DNA of 64,000 nucleotides from Anthoceros angustus (GCA_010909165.1 VJWM01000011.1:496001-560000); one strand, 5' to 3'. Positions 11,560 through 25,080 are shown, counted from the first letter of the stretch. Notes: generated by a model not told the origin, from the letters alone. Translations and numbers: made by a program.

Positions 11560-13800
11560 ATTCGTAACAACCTGTATACTCGTGAAAGCAGAAGCTTGTT
11601 GGGCGAAGGGAAGAGCGGGAGGAATAGCAGCCAAGGATCTTTTCAAAAGAGAGGAGTATAGGGAAGCTAGACGATGGTCAAGGGAAAAGCGGACTCTAGG
11701 AGATTTGTGGTATTGTAGAATGGCTTGTGGCTTATGACACGAAATGTGCCAAGACAGGAAGACATGGTCAGACTCTAGAGGCTTGAAGTCAGAAACATAG
11801 AGTTGATGCACTGAAGAAACGAAGGAAGCTTGTCCTAGAACATAATCAAGAACAGCAGGAAGTTGACCTGAAGGCGCAAAGTGGGTGATCCTCTCACTCC
11901 CAGGCCATTGAGATAGTCCATTGTATATAAATAATCCATGGGACTCCACGAGGTTGAGAAGTGCCTGCCGAAAAGATTAACCTGGTGCGGATCATCAGAC
12001 CTTCTTTGCAAGCCCAGGTCTGCAACGTCAAGCGGGAATAGTTGATGTCGATCATCTGGTGCATAGATAGGAGATTGTTCTGAGGAGGTCTAAGCATTGA
12101 AGTCTCCAACCAAGAGGATATCTCTTTGAGACATGAAAAACATGAGATCTTTAGAGAGGACTTGAAACATGAAAAGAGGGTGAATTTGGCCTACCTAACC
12201 ACGACTTTATGCCTGCTTCCTTTACGCTTCCTTTGTTGGAGCTACTTTCTAGCTAGTCACTTGTAAGTTGTCGCTACCTTGAAAGTAGTTTGTTATGGTA
12301 ATATTTACCCTTGTGCTAGATTTTCCAGCCATGTGCTATATTTTCCACCCATGTGTTATGATTTGTACCCTAGGATTGTGATTATCTAGTTTATCCTCTG
12401 GAAAAGAGTAATATTTCTTCTCATTTAATAAATTATATATATACTATAAAATAATTTCTCTCTCTAGACATTCACCCGCTAAAATCGCAGTCCAGCGTGC
12501 CGCGCCTCTTCACGAGGCCGCGGCTTTACGTCGGAATGACGTAACGAAAAGGGAAGTGATTTTCAAGATAAGTGCAATCGGCAATGGATGTTCTCCTTAC
12601 CTAGATATGTAGTTCGCTTCTTCAATGCCATGCCCCGGCAGCGCTATGAGCACATAAGGTGAGCGAATGATGATCACTGGAGCTCAAGCCTGAGCTCAAG
12701 CCGATAGTGTAAATATGTGGCCCATCACTCCTGTGGAAAGGGAAGGAATGGATTGGAGTGATGTAAAGCGTGGAAAGTAAAGATGCTATGAACAAATAAC
12801 GATTAGATGGAAGGATGGTTGCAGAAACCTTGATCCATAAGACCCTCGCGAAGGAGTCCTCCCTTGCCACAGTGATGAAATCAAAGAGAGAAGATCGGAA
12901 GAAACAAGTGACGCCACCTGCAGCCTTGGGTTTCTTCGACGAGATATAATTCCTGAAAAGAGAAAAAGAAAGGAAGTTGGGAAAGGTGGGGAGGTGTCTA
13001 GCCTGGTGTTCATGAGTTTCCGTAAGGAAGATCAAGTCGTGGCCCGCTAAAAGCTGGAGCATTCTACCTGGTTGTGCCCATAAAGATCCATTACAATTCC
13101 AGGAAGCCATCTTGATGATCCCCCGGAGTGGGCTTTGCGGGCGAGTGATCTTCATAAGGCTGAAGGCTTGTGCTGAACTCGAGAGGGCTCCTTGACAATC
13201 AGCCGATCTCCATGGAAGAAAGCAGTCTTCCCCGCCGCGGGAGCCTCCCTGAAAGCCGGCATCAAAGCTTGCTTGGTCTTCACCTGTAGCTTGGTTAAAT
13301 CATCACCTATATAAATACTTCGGCCTCAGAGGTTAGTATGGGTGCGCAAGACTTGGAGCCTATCCTGGAGAGAATGGAAACGGATGAAAAAGACAGACCG
13401 ACGACCAGGGTCCTTACCCACCAGCCAGGCATTCTGGAAAGACATGCCTGGCAAATGGAGCTTCGTGGCTAAGAATTTGGAAACCACTTCCTGCGGTGTT
13501 CTCGAGTTCGGCAAGCCTGTCACTCGAAGATTGAGGGAGCGCCTAATCAGTTCTTGAGATTCAAGAATTGCCGCATCCACGGCTTCTGAAGGCAGGGATG
13601 GCACCACTTGAGGAGGAGCAACCAGCGGGGAGCAACCTCCAACTTCTCCCGCCCGCTGATTGTTTCTTGAAATTTGGTCCAGCGCCGAGTTTTGAAATTG
13701 ACATTTTGCCGGACATAGCCTACACCTCTCTTTGGACGAAGTTTTTGAGCTCCAGACATTTAGCTTCCATGGAAGTAGAAGCTTGTTGCATGATATCTTG
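11560..13800 (-). mobile_element. Truncated non-LTR retrotransposon (LINE): ORF1 plus APE endonuclease, no RT visible; interrupted by duplicate block 12173-12778
   Basis: ORF1-like RSLNLRVTGLP...FIRFHSLQDR...IGDDLTK (13160-13607); APE motifs ASWNCNG, IFLTETH, GGV (12780-13155) and LDYVL...ESDHVFL (11750-11860). Confidence 0.8.
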
Positions 13801-16800
13801 TTTGAGCTCTAGAATCTCGCGCACACATTAATATCTCTTAGACTACATTCTATAATCTACAAGTGCTAAAACTCTCTGCATGTATGAAGGATTTGGTTAT
13901 ATGGCAAGAAGTTCAAGACCTCAATGTCAAACTTGGGTACATGTCGGTGCAATACTTGGGAACCATATCTTGCGCAAGGATGCATGTTGAGGTAGTCTAC
14001 AAGAAGCATGTTGTTTGGACTCGGATTTCTGTCTTGTCCTTTTGAGTCTGCGTTTCTTAAAGAGTGGTTTGAAACTTTTGAAACTATGCTTGAGTGTGTT
14101 GTAGATGTTGACCTCGAGAGTTCATTATTTCATTTGGTGATTCTAATAATTTTTACCTGTCTTGTTATAGGTTTTGTCTGGTTGTTTTGGATTTTTATCG
14201 AAGATATTTTATCCTTATGTTCTAATTTTAACTCTAGTGCTCTGGTTTTTATTCTAGTACTTTGTTTCTACTCTAGTGATATATTTTTATCCTAGTATTA
14301 TATTTTTATCATAGTATTATAATTTTTATTATATTATTATATTTTTTACCCTAATGCTATATTTTCTAACCTAATACTATGTTCTCTATCTTAGTGCTAT
14401 ATTTTTTTCTTTTTATATGGTCTCTATATTATTAATTATAAAATTAAAATATTTTTCTCTTTCGATAATTTTTCCTTTCCATTCTGAAAAGAGGGTGAAT
14501 TTGACCCTAACGAGACCACTTTGCCTGCTTCCTTTACGCTTCCTTTGTTGGAGCTACTTTCTAGCTAGTCACTTGTAAGTTGTCGCTACCTTGAAAGTAG
14601 TTTGTTATGGTAATATTTACCCTTGTGCTAGATTTTCCAGCCATGTGCTATATTTTCCACCCATGTGTTATGATTTGTACCCTAGGATTGTGATTATCTA
14701 GTTTATCCTCTGGAAAAGAGTAATATTTCTTCTCATTTAATAAATTATATATATACTATAAAATAATTTCTCTCTCTAGACATTCACCCGCTAAAATCGC
14801 AGTCCAGCGTGCCGCGCCTCTTCACGAGGCCGCGGCTTTACGTCGGAATGACGTAACGAAAAGGGAAGTGATTTTCAAGATAAGTGCAATCGGCAATGGA
14901 TGTTCTCCTTACCTAGATATGTAGTTCGCTTCTTCAATGCCATGCCCCGGCAGCGCTATGAGCACATAAGGTGAGCGAATGATGATCACTGGAGCTCAAG
15001 CCTGAGCTCAAGCCGATAGTGTAAATATGTGGCCCATCACTCCTGTGGAAAGGGAAGGAATGGATTGGAGTGATGTAAAGCGTGGAAAGTTCAACCTGTG
15101 TCGAACAATATGGTGTTGGTGTTGGAGAAGATTCGCGTATCATTGGAAATTCACGGTCCAATTCACTTCGGAGTGCAACAATCTCGAGTTGTTGGGCCTG
15201 AATCTCGAAACTCCGACTTAATTTCGTGCGACTTGGGAAGCACGAAAAGTCTAATCGCAACTTCTTCATATCGTCTTGCAAGGATGAACATCCTCCATCA
15301 TGTAGGCTGTGAGACTATGAAGAAGATGTTGGCTTAGGCAAGTTCACCTGCACCCTCCTCCAACGTGTATAGTACTAGCTCTTGCAGTTAATCTTTCACG
15401 AGTAATTTCCCATCGCAAATATTTCTTAAGATGGCGGTCGTGAGGCTAGTAAGAGTCGGCTCTGCTGACCCAAATTCAACGTGGGTGCTTTGTGCGGCTT
15501 TACCTTCGTCTTCCTAAAAGTCTACTACCTCTTGATCCTCCACCAACAATTTCTACATGTCTCAATTCGTCCTTGGGTTCGGAAGGCACTTCAACTCTGT
15601 GTGGCCAATTCCTTCACAACACTCGAATGAGTCTTCAGTGTAGCGAGTTGCGGTGTTCTCTTCTACATCAAGCTTCTCGCAGGGGTCACCTCCTTTCGCC
15701 TCAAGCTTGTTTGAGCTCTAGAATCTCTGGCGCACACATTAATATCTCTTAGACTCTGTTCTATAATCTACACCGTGCTAAAACTCTCTGCATGTATGAA
15801 GGATTTGGTTATATGGCAAGAAGTTCAAGACCTCAATGTCAAACTTGGGTACATGTCGGTGCAATACTTGGGAACCATATCTTGCATGAGATGCATGTTG
15901 AGGTAGTCTACAAGAAGCATGTTGTTTGGACTCGGATTTCATCTTGTCCTTTTGAGTCTGCGTTTCTTAAAGAGTGGTTTGAAACTTTTGAAACTATGCT
16001 TGAGTGTGTTGTAGATGTTGACCTCGAGTTCATTATTTCATTTGGTGATTCTAATAATTTTACTGTCTTGTTATAGGTTTTGTCGTTGTTTTGGATTTTT
16101 ATCGAAGATATTTTATCCTTATGTTCTAATTTTAACTCTAGTGCTCGGTTTTATTCTTGCACCTCGCTCCTTGACGATGTGGGGGCTTGTGATTACGAAA
16201 AGTCTTTGGACTCCAATAGGCTGTTTCTCCTCCAACGAAAAGGTGCAGGTCAAGCATGATATCCAAGCCATAGGAAAAAGGAGAAAGGTCTTTGCTCTGT
16301 GTCTTTGGCCGTACCAACTATGTATGCCATGGCAACACCGGAATAGCGAGAGGTGGTACAAGAAAGAGTTTGCCCAAAAATGTGCCGTGGTAGCACTCCC
16401 TATTATCAATTACGGCAATGTGTCGGCCTTCCAACAGATGGAAGATGCGGCTCCGGCTAGGGCAATGAACAAAGAAATACATAGGAAATAATCTGCGAGG
16501 CAATTGCGATGCGGGCCGAGATGCATTGGTAGTGAGTCGCACTTGCAGGTGTGGAGGTGAGCTCTCGGCCTCCGGCTCCGGCCAGCTCCTAGCCTCTCGG
16601 ACCCCTTGCGGCGTCCTTGCCTCAGTCAGGGGCAGCTGCCGCCCTCCGTGCCGTGGGCCTCGGCCTCGGCCAAAGGCCGCACCCGCGCGCCCTCTATTAT
16701 CACATTCAACTCTCTACCCATGGCTTCCCTCACATCCTCATGTTGCAATCAATTCAAAACAGGGGGCATCCATTTGCGCTATTATGGCTTGAGTGGTGCA

Positions 16801-19800
16801 ATCATTTATATTCTTCAAATTTAGATCTGTTTGATTCGTCACAACTCGGCGAATTATCCGCTCAACCGCCTCATCTACTAGTAGCTGCCCGCTCTTGCTC
16901 CAATGGTACTTGCTCCATGCAATCTTGTTTGGAGCAGCAAGTAAAATCTGTTTCACCAAGCAATGTCCTTTCCAATACACATTAACAAACTTCATAGGCT
17001 CATACTTTGATGCATACTTGCAAGTGTGGTTTGGACAACGAGGAGGAGGAGGATCCCGATCCAAGTTGTGGGTAGCTTAACTACTACTCATAAATCCAAT
17101 TGTGAAATCACCTCCTATACTAGTATGAAGTGTTTCCACCATGATCCTTTGACATATGAAATACAGAGGATGCAATACTCAACCTAAAATGAATCATGGC
17201 TTGGTGCATGCTTTGTGCTTCAAGCTCCGAGGCCACAAATATGGATTCCGCCTTAAAGTCACTATCATGCAAGCTTGTTAACAAGGCGCACTCCACATCT
17301 TTAGTTTCGGCATAAGAGTATTATTTTCATTACCCATATTACGCTGAGCAACTCGCAATGTATATGATATGCGCGCAATTCGCCATGTTCGATAGGTTTC
17401 TCTTTATCAATCTCAACATCCTCCATGCGTAGGCTGAGACTATGAAGAAGATGTTGGCTTAGGCAAGTTCACTGCCCTCCTCCAACGTGTATAGTACTAG
17501 CTCTTGCAGTTAATCTTTCACGAGTAATTTCCCATCGCAAATATTTCTTAAGATGGCGGTCGTGAGGCTAGTAAGAGTCTTGGCTCTGACCCAAATTCAA
17601 CGTAGGTGCTTTGTGCGGCTTTACCTTCGTCTTCCTAAAAGTCTACTACCTCTTGATCCTCCACCAACAATTTCTACATGTCTCACCTCGCCCTTGACGA
17701 TGTGGGGCTTGTGATTCGAAAAGTCTTTGGACTCCAATAGAACTGTTTCTCCTCCAACGAAAGGTGCAGGTCCAAGCATGATATCCAAGCCATAGGAAAA
17801 AGGAGAAAGTCTTTGGACTCAATAGAACTGTTTCTCCTCCAACGAAAGGTGCAGGTCCAAGCATGATATCCAAGCCATAGGAAAAAGGAGAAAGTCTTTG
17901 GACTCCAATAGAACTGTTTCTCCTCCAACGAAAGGTGCAGGTCCAAGCATGATATCCAAGCCATAGGAAAAAGGAGAAAGTCTTTGGACTCAATAGAACT
18001 GTTTCTCCTCCAACGAAAGGTGCAGGTCCAAGCATGATATCCAAGCCATAGGAAAAAGGAGAAAGTCTTTGGACTCAATAGAACTGTTTCTCCTCCAACG
18101 AAAGGTGCAGGTCCAAGCATGATATCCAAGCCATAGGAAAAAGGAGAAAGTCTTTGGACTCAATAGAACTGTTTCTCCTCCAACGAAAGGTGCAGGTCCA
18201 AGCATGATATCCAAGCCATAGGAAAAAGGAGAAAGTCTTTGGACTCCAATAGAACTGTTTCTCCTCCAACGAAAGGTGCAGGTCCAAGCATGATATCCAA
18301 GCCATAGGAAAAAGGAGAAAGTCTTTGGACTCCAATAGAACTGTTTCTCCTCCAACGAAAGGTGCAGGTCCAAGCATGATATCCAAGCCATAGGAAAAAG
18401 GAGAAAGTCTTTGGACTCAATAGAACTGTTTCTCCTCCAACGAAAGGTGCAGGTCCAAGCATGATATCCAAGCCATAGGAAAAAGGAGAAAGTCTTTGGA
18501 CTCAATAGAACTGTTTCTCCTCCAACGAAAGGTGCAGGTCCAAGCATGATATCCAAGCCATAGGAAAAAGGAGAAAGTCTTTGGACTCAATAGAACTGTT
18601 TCTCCTCCAACGAAAGGTGCAGGTCCAAGCATGATATCCGAAGCCATAGGAAAAAAGGAGAAAGGTGCTGCTCCTGTGTGCTGAAAGCCGTACCAACTAT
18701 GTATGCCATGGCAACACTGGAGCCAAAGCGAGAGGTGGTACAAGAAACAGAGTTTGCCCAAAAAATGTGCCCGTGGTAGCAGCACTCCTATTTATCAATT
18801 CTGGCAATGTGTCGGCCTTCCAACAGATGGAAGATGCAGCTCCAGCTAGGGCAATGAACAAAGAAATACATAGGAAATAATCTGCAGGCAAATTGCGATG
18901 CAGGCCCGAGATGCATTGGCTGAAGTGAGTCCTTGCAACCGAGGTGTGGAGGTGAGCTCTCGGCCTCCTGCTCCTGCTGCTCCCACCTTCCAGCAGGCCA
19001 TCCAGAGGCTAGACAGCCTGGTGGGCCTCTTTGCCGTGAACTGTCAGCAAACAGGGTGCAGCAGGAATGCTTCTGGCTATCGCCCAGAGGCTAGACAGCC
19101 TGGTGGGCCTCGGCCTCGGCCTCGGCCAAAGGCCGCACCCGCGCGCCCTCTATTATCACATTCAACTCTCTACCCATGGCTTCCTCACATCCTCATGTTG
19201 CAATCAATTCAAAGCAGGGCATCCATTTTGCGCTATTATGGCTTGAGTGGTGCAATCATTTATATTCTTCAAATTTAGATCTGTTTGATTCGTCACAACT
19301 CGGCGAATTATCCGCTCAACCGCCTCATCTACTAGTAGCTGCCGCTCTTGCTCCAATGGTACTTGCTCCATGCAATCTTGTTGGAGCGACAAGTAAAATC
19401 TGTTTCACCAAGCAATGTCCTTTCCAATACACATTAACAAACTTCATAGGCTCATACTTTGATGCATACTTGCAAGTGTGGTTTGGACAACGAGGAGGAG
19501 GAGGATCCCGATCCAAGTTGTGGGTAGCTTAACTACTACTCATAAATCCAATTGTGAAATCACCTCCTATACTAGTATGAAGTGTTTCCACCATGATCCT
19601 TTGACATATGAAATACAGAGGATGCAATACTCAACCTAAAATGAATCATGGCTTGGTGCATGCTTTGTGCTTCAAGCTCCGAGGCCACAAATATGGATTC
19701 CGCCTTAAAGTCACTATCATGCAAGCTTGTTAACAAGGCGCACTCCACATCTTTAGTTTCCAGACAAGGAGTATTATTTTCATTACCCATATTACGGCTT

Positions 19801-21627
19801 GAGCAACTCGCAATGTATATGATATGCGCAGCTCGCCATGTTCGATAGGTTTCTCTTTATCAATCTCAACATCCTCCATCGCGGTAGCTGTGAGACTATG
19901 AAGAAGATGTTGGCTTAGGCAAGTTCACCTGCACCCTCCTCCAACGTGTATAGTACTAGCTCTTGCAGTTAATCTTTCACGAGTAATTTCCCATCGCAAA
20001 TATTTCTTAAGATGGCGGTCGTGAGGCTAGTAAGAGGTACTGGCTCTGCTGACCCAAATTCAACGTAGGTGCTTTGTGCGGCTTTACCTTCGTCTTCCTA
20101 AAAGTCTACTACCTCTTGATCCTCCACCAACAATTTCTACATGTCTCAATTCTCGTCCTTGGGTTCAGGAAGGCACTTCAACTCTGTGTGGCCAATTCCT
20201 TCACAACACTCGAATGAGTCTTCAGTGTAGCGAGTTGCGGTGTTCTCTTCTACATCAAGCTTCTCGCAGGGGTCACCTCCTTTCGCCTCAAGCTTGTTTG
20301 AGCTCTAGAATCTCTGGCGCACACATTAATATCTCTTAGACTCTGTTCTATAATCTACACCGTGCTAAAACTCTCTGCATGTATGAAGGATTTGGTTATA
20401 TGGCAAGAAGTTCAAGACCTCAATGTCAAACTTGGGTACATGTCGGGTGCAATACTTGGGAACCATATCTTGCGCAAGGATGCATGTTGAGGTAGTCTAC
20501 AAGAAGCATGTTGTTTGGACTCGGATTTCTGTCTTGTCCTTTTGAGTCTGCGTTTCTTAAAGAGTGGTTTGAAACTTTTGAAACTATGCTTGAGTGTGTT
20601 GTAGATGTTGACCTCGAGAGTTCATTATTTCATTTGGTGATTCTAATAATTTTACTGTCTTGTTATAGGTTTTGTCGGTTGTTTTGGATTTTATCGAAGA
20701 TATTTTATCCTTATGTTCTAATTTTAACTCTAGTGCTCTGGTTTTTATTCTAGTACTTTGTTTCTACTCTAGTGATATATTTTTATCCTAGTATTATATT
20801 TTTATCATAGTATTATAATTTTTATTATATTATTATATTTTTACCCTAATGCTATATTTTCTAACCTAATACTATGTTCTCTATCTTAGTGCTATATTTT
20901 TTTCTTTTTATATGGTCTCTATATTATTAATTATAAAATTAAAATATTTTTCTCTTTCGATAATTTTTCCTTTCCATTCTGTTGAAAAGAGGGTCGAATT
21001 TCGGCCCACCTAACGAGACCACGACTTTATGCCTGCTTCCTTTACGCTTCCTTTGTTGGAGCTACTTTCTAGCTAGTCACTTGTAAGTTGTCGCTACCTT
21101 GAAAGTAGTTTGTTATGGTAATATTTACCCTTGTGCTAGATTTTCCAGCCATGTGCTATATTTTCCACCCATGTGTTATGATTTGTACCCTAGGATTGTG
21201 ATTATCTAGTTTATCCTCTGGAAAAGAGTAATATTTCTTCTCATTTAATAAATTATATATATACTATAAAATAATTTCTCTCTCTAGACATTCACCCGCT
21301 AAAATCGCAGTCCAGCGTGCCGCGCCTCTTCACGAGGCCGCGGCTTTACGTCGGAATGACGTAACGAAAAGGGAAGTGATTTTCAAGATAAGTGCAATCG
21401 GCAATGGATGTTCTCCTTACCTAGATATGTAGTTCGCTTCTTCAATGCCATGCCCCGGCAGCGCTATGAGCACATAAGGTGAGCGAATGATGATCACTGG
21501 AGCTCAAGCCTGAGCTCAAGCCGATAGTGTAAATATGTGGCCCATCACTCCTGTGGAAAGGGAAGGAATGGATTGGAGTGATGTAAAGCGTGGAAAGTTC
21601 AACCTGTGTCGAACAATATGGTGTTGG
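13797..21627. repeat. Mosaic of local segmental copies around an unclassified TE-like sequence
   Basis: Approximate pairs: 13797-14485 = 20295-20980; 12173-12778 and 14485-15118 = 20982-21627; 15283-16148 = 19866-20750; 16730-17683 = 19187-20146. Confidence 0.8.
17720..18660. repeat. Tandem array of 11 x 85-86 bp units, no spacers
   Basis: Unit aaagtctttggactc(c)aatagaactgtttctcctccaacgaaaggtgcaggtccaagcatgatatccaagccataggaaaaaggag starts at 17720, 17806, 17891, 17977, 18062, 18147, 18232, 18318, 18404, 18489 and 18574. Confidence 0.95.
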
Positions 21628-21792
21628 TCTCTAGCAAAATGTGGACATACACGTGAAATGAGTTCCTCACGCATGGCATGCTCACCGAGGAGCCCAGCAA
21701 AGGCTTCCGGACCGAGTGCGTGGATAGCAATGTGATACAGAGCTTGTGCGTTTGATGCGAGGGGAGGGTAGCTGCCCCTACCTCGACCCTGC

Positions 21793-24700
21793 ATGGCACC
21801 CCACGGCACGCTCCTGGCCTGTCCACGGGCGGCCAACTGGTTTGTGCTGAGCTGCCTGTTTGGCAAGGCTGCACCAAATGGAGGCAAGTCGTTTCACAGC
21901 TTGCGGAGGGCAAGCCTGAGCCAGCAGCTGTCGCCATGGAGCTGGGCTGCTGCTGCTGCTGCTACCGGGGCTGCGCGGCAGAAGGTGGAGTGCGGGCGGG
22001 GTCGATGTGCCGTCACGGCCGTGCAGACCCAGGAGGCCGCCACCCCCACCAGCATCGCCACCAGTCCTGCTCCTGCTGCTCCCACCTTCCAGCAGGCCAT
22101 CCAGAGGCTGCAGGACTACTGGGCGTCGGTGGGCTGTGCAGTGATGCAGTCCAGCAACACGGAGGTCGGGGCGGGGACCATGAATCCCGCCACTTTTCTG
22201 CGGGTGCTGGGCCCTGAGCCTTGGAATGTGGCGTACGTGGAGCCCAGCATTCGACCTGACGACAGCCGGTATGGGGAGAACCCAAACAGGGTGCAGAGGC
22301 ACACCCAATTCCAGGTCATCTTGAAGCCGGATCCAGGGAATTCGCAGGAGCTGTATCTGGGCAGCCTGGGTGCTCTGGGAATCGACATCAAGGCACATGA
22401 TGTAAGGTTTGTGGAGGACAATTGGGAGAGTCCGGTGCTCGGGGCCTGGGGTTTAGGGTGGGAGGTTTGGATGGATGGGATGGAGATCACTCAGTTCACC
22501 TACTTCCAGCAGGCTGGAAGCATGCCCTTGTTGCCGGTCTCTGTGGAGATCACGTATGGTTTGGAGCGTATTCTGATGTCTGTGCAGGGAGTGGATCATT
22601 TCAAGAAGATCCAGTATGCTCCAGGGATCACGTACGGTGAGCTTTTTCTGGAGAATGAGAAGGAGATGAGTGCTTATAACCTGGACTTCGCAGATGTGGA
22701 GAGGGTGCAGCAGCGGTTTGAGCTCTATGATGCAGAGGCACGAGCTCTTGTTGGTAGGGGCCTCGCTATTCCAGCATACGATCATCTGCTGAAGACATCT
22801 CATGCTTTCAATGTGCTTGATGCCAGGGGAGCCGTAGGTGTGACTGAAAGGGCTAGGTTTTTTGGTCGAATGAGGACACTGGCTCGTCAGTGTGCTCAGC
22901 TGTGGGTGAAGAACAGGGAAGCCCTGGAGTTTCCCTTGGGAAGATGGGAGGAGCCTGCTACCGTGCAGCATCCTCCTGGGTCCCTGGAGGCAGCAACGAA
23001 CCAAGCTGGGGTGCCAAGAGCCTTTGTGCTGGAAGTTGGTTCAGAAGAGCTTCCACCACAGGATGTGATAGGTGCAGTCAGTCAGCTAGAAAAGGCATTC
23101 CCCTTGGGGCTGGCAAGATGGAGGCTGGACCATGGGAGCGTGCAAGTGCAGGGAACTCCCAGGCGTCTCGTGGTGGTTGTGGAGAACTTGGCTGCAAGGC
23201 AAAGCAATCTCGAGAGAGAGGTGCGAGGACCGCCTGCTGCAAAGGCTTTTGACAAGGACGGAAAGCCGACTAAGGCTGCAGAAGGATTCTGCAAGAAGAA
23301 TGGAGTACAACCAGAGGACCTATATGTCAGGGAAGATGGGAAGACAGAGTATGTGTATGCTGTGGTGAAGGAGTTAGGTAGACATGCCGTGGAGGTACTG
23401 GCAGAGGAGCTTCCAGGTTTGCTTGCAGAAGTCTCCTTCCCCAAGACTATGCGCTGGAACTCTCAGGCTGTCTACAGTAGGCCCTTGAGGTGGCTCCTTG
23501 CATTGTACGGGGAGGCGGTTGTTCCATTTGCTTATGCTGGCATACTCAGCGGGCGGTCTTCCAGAGTTCTCCGCAATTCGCCATCTCCTGTTCTGCAGGT
23601 GGAAAGAGCGGAGGACTTCTTGACCTCCATCAAGCTGTCAGGCATCACGCTGAACATGCAGGAACGGAGAGAACGCATATGGGCAGACAGTAAGTCCCTG
23701 GCTGCCAGCATACACGGAAGCATTCCTGAAGAGGTTTATGGCGGGCTTCTGGATGAGGTTGCCAACCTGGTGGAGTCACCCACCCCTCTTCTGGGCAGGT
23801 TTGGCGAGTCCTTTTTGAAACTCCCTCCAGACGTGCTTGTCACTGTGATGCGCAAACACCAGAGGTATTTTCCTGTTGTGGGTGGTGGAAATGGTGAGCT
23901 CCTGCCTTACTTCATTGCCGTTGCAAATGGCAACATAGACGAAGCAGTAGTGCGTAAGGGCAATGAGGCAGTGCTGAGGGCAAGATATGAGGATGCCAGA
24001 TTCTTTTACGAGAGTGATCTGACCAAGTCTCTTGCCGAGTTCCGGCCTCTATTGAAGGGCATCACCTTTCAAGAGAAGCTTGGTTCCATGCTTGACAAGA
24101 GTGACAGGGTAGAGAAGATAGTGCCCCTCTTGGGCCGAGCCTTGAAACTGAATGAGGAGGATGTTGCTACAGCACAGGAGGCAAGTGCAGTAGCCATGGC
24201 TGACTTGGCTACTTCCATGGTGACAGAGTTCACATCTCTAGCAGGCATAATGGGGCGTCACTATTCCCTCAAGCAAGGGTCTGCACATGCAGTGGCGGAT
24301 GCCATATTTGAAAGTGTGCTCCCCAGGTATGCCGGTGACAGTCTTCCCAAAAGTGCAGCAGGAATGCTTCTGGCTATCGCCCAGAGGCTAGACAGCCTGG
24401 TGGGCCTCTTTGCCGTGAACTGTCAGCAAACAGCCACCGGCGATCCATTCGGTCTTCGACGCAGTGCCTACGGTTTGGTGCAAGCGCTGGTACAGTCCGG
24501 GCGTGATGTCGACCTGAGACACGCTTTGGGCATTGCTGCAAAGGTGCAGCCTGTGCCTGTACCCGACTCCACTTTGGACGAAGTGTTCCAGTTCGTCTCA
24601 CGTAGACTGGAGCAGCTCCTGGTAGACGGGGGTGCAAATGTGGAGCTTGTGCGATCGATCCTCGCAGAGCGTGGCAATTTCCCGACACTGGCATCTATTT

Positions 24701-25080
24701 CAGTCCAGCAGATGGTGGAGTTGTCGAAGGGGGAATCCCTGAGCCATGTGGTTGCAGCTTACGCCCGCCCAACGAGGATCGTCCGTGGGAAGGCCGTAGA
24801 TCCTTCCTGGCAAATCGACGAGGCCTTGTTTGAATCAGAAGCAGAGAGGAGTCTATGGAATGCGTATCAGCAGACCTCGCGTGCTGTCCAGGCTGGGATG
24901 CCCGTGGACGTGTTTGTTCAGGCGTCGGAGGCTCTGATTGACCCTCTGGAAGCCTTCTTCTCGGAAGTGTTTGTTATGGCAGAAGACGAGAGATTACGTA
25001 ACAACAGGCTTGCTCTTCTCTCCAAGATTGCGCATCTCCCTCGAGGTGTTGCAGACCTGTCTTTGCTACCGGGGTTCTAG
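21793..25080 (+). CDS. glyQS: Glycine--tRNA ligase, organellar fused alpha+beta type (EDD1/GlyRS2-like), intronless, with N-terminal transit peptide
   Basis: Single 1095-aa ORF. Alpha motifs TFQQAI...[54 protein letters not shown]; beta motifs [39 protein letters not shown]. Confidence 0.97.
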   Translation: MAPHGTLLACPRAANWFVLSCLFGKAAPNGGKSFHSLRRASLSQQLSPWSWAAAAAATGAARQKVECGRGRCAVTAVQTQEAATPTSIATSPAPAAPTFQQAIQRLQDYWASVGCAVMQSSNTEVGAGTMNPATFLRVLGPEPWNVAYVEPSIRPDDSRYGENPNRVQRHTQFQVILKPDPGNSQELYLGSLGALGIDIKAHDVRFVEDNWESPVLGAWGLGWEVWMDGMEITQFTYFQQAGSMPLLPVSVEITYGLERILMSVQGVDHFKKIQYAPGITYGELFLENEKEMSAYNLDFADVERVQQRFELYDAEARALVGRGLAIPAYDHLLKTSHAFNVLDARGAVGVTERARFFGRMRTLARQCAQLWVKNREALEFPLGRWEEPATVQHPPGSLEAATNQAGVPRAFVLEVGSEELPPQDVIGAVSQLEKAFPLGLARWRLDHGSVQVQGTPRRLVVVVENLAARQSNLEREVRGPPAAKAFDKDGKPTKAAEGFCKKNGVQPEDLYVREDGKTEYVYAVVKELGRHAVEVLAEELPGLLAEVSFPKTMRWNSQAVYSRPLRWLLALYGEAVVPFAYAGILSGRSSRVLRNSPSPVLQVERAEDFLTSIKLSGITLNMQERRERIWADSKSLAASIHGSIPEEVYGGLLDEVANLVESPTPLLGRFGESFLKLPPDVLVTVMRKHQRYFPVVGGGNGELLPYFIAVANGNIDEAVVRKGNEAVLRARYEDARFFYESDLTKSLAEFRPLLKGITFQEKLGSMLDKSDRVEKIVPLLGRALKLNEEDVATAQEASAVAMADLATSMVTEFTSLAGIMGRHYSLKQGSAHAVADAIFESVLPRYAGDSLPKSAAGMLLAIAQRLDSLVGLFAVNCQQTATGDPFGLRRSAYGLVQALVQSGRDVDLRHALGIAAKVQPVPVPDSTLDEVFQFVSRRLEQLLVDGGANVELVRSILAERGNFPTLASISVQQMVELSKGESLSHVVAAYARPTRIVRGKAVDPSWQIDEALFESEAERSLWNAYQQTSRAVQAGMPVDVFVQASEALIDPLEAFFSEVFVMAEDERLRNNRLALLSKIAHLPRGVADLSLLPGF

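Noticed and set aside
17720-18660. CRISPR-like array
   Set aside because: Units are contiguous with no unique spacers, there are no cas genes, and the context is eukaryotic.
17646-18785. Repetitive ORFs such as MDIMLGPAPFVGGETVLL
   Set aside because: By-products of the 85-86 bp array; frames shift with every unit.
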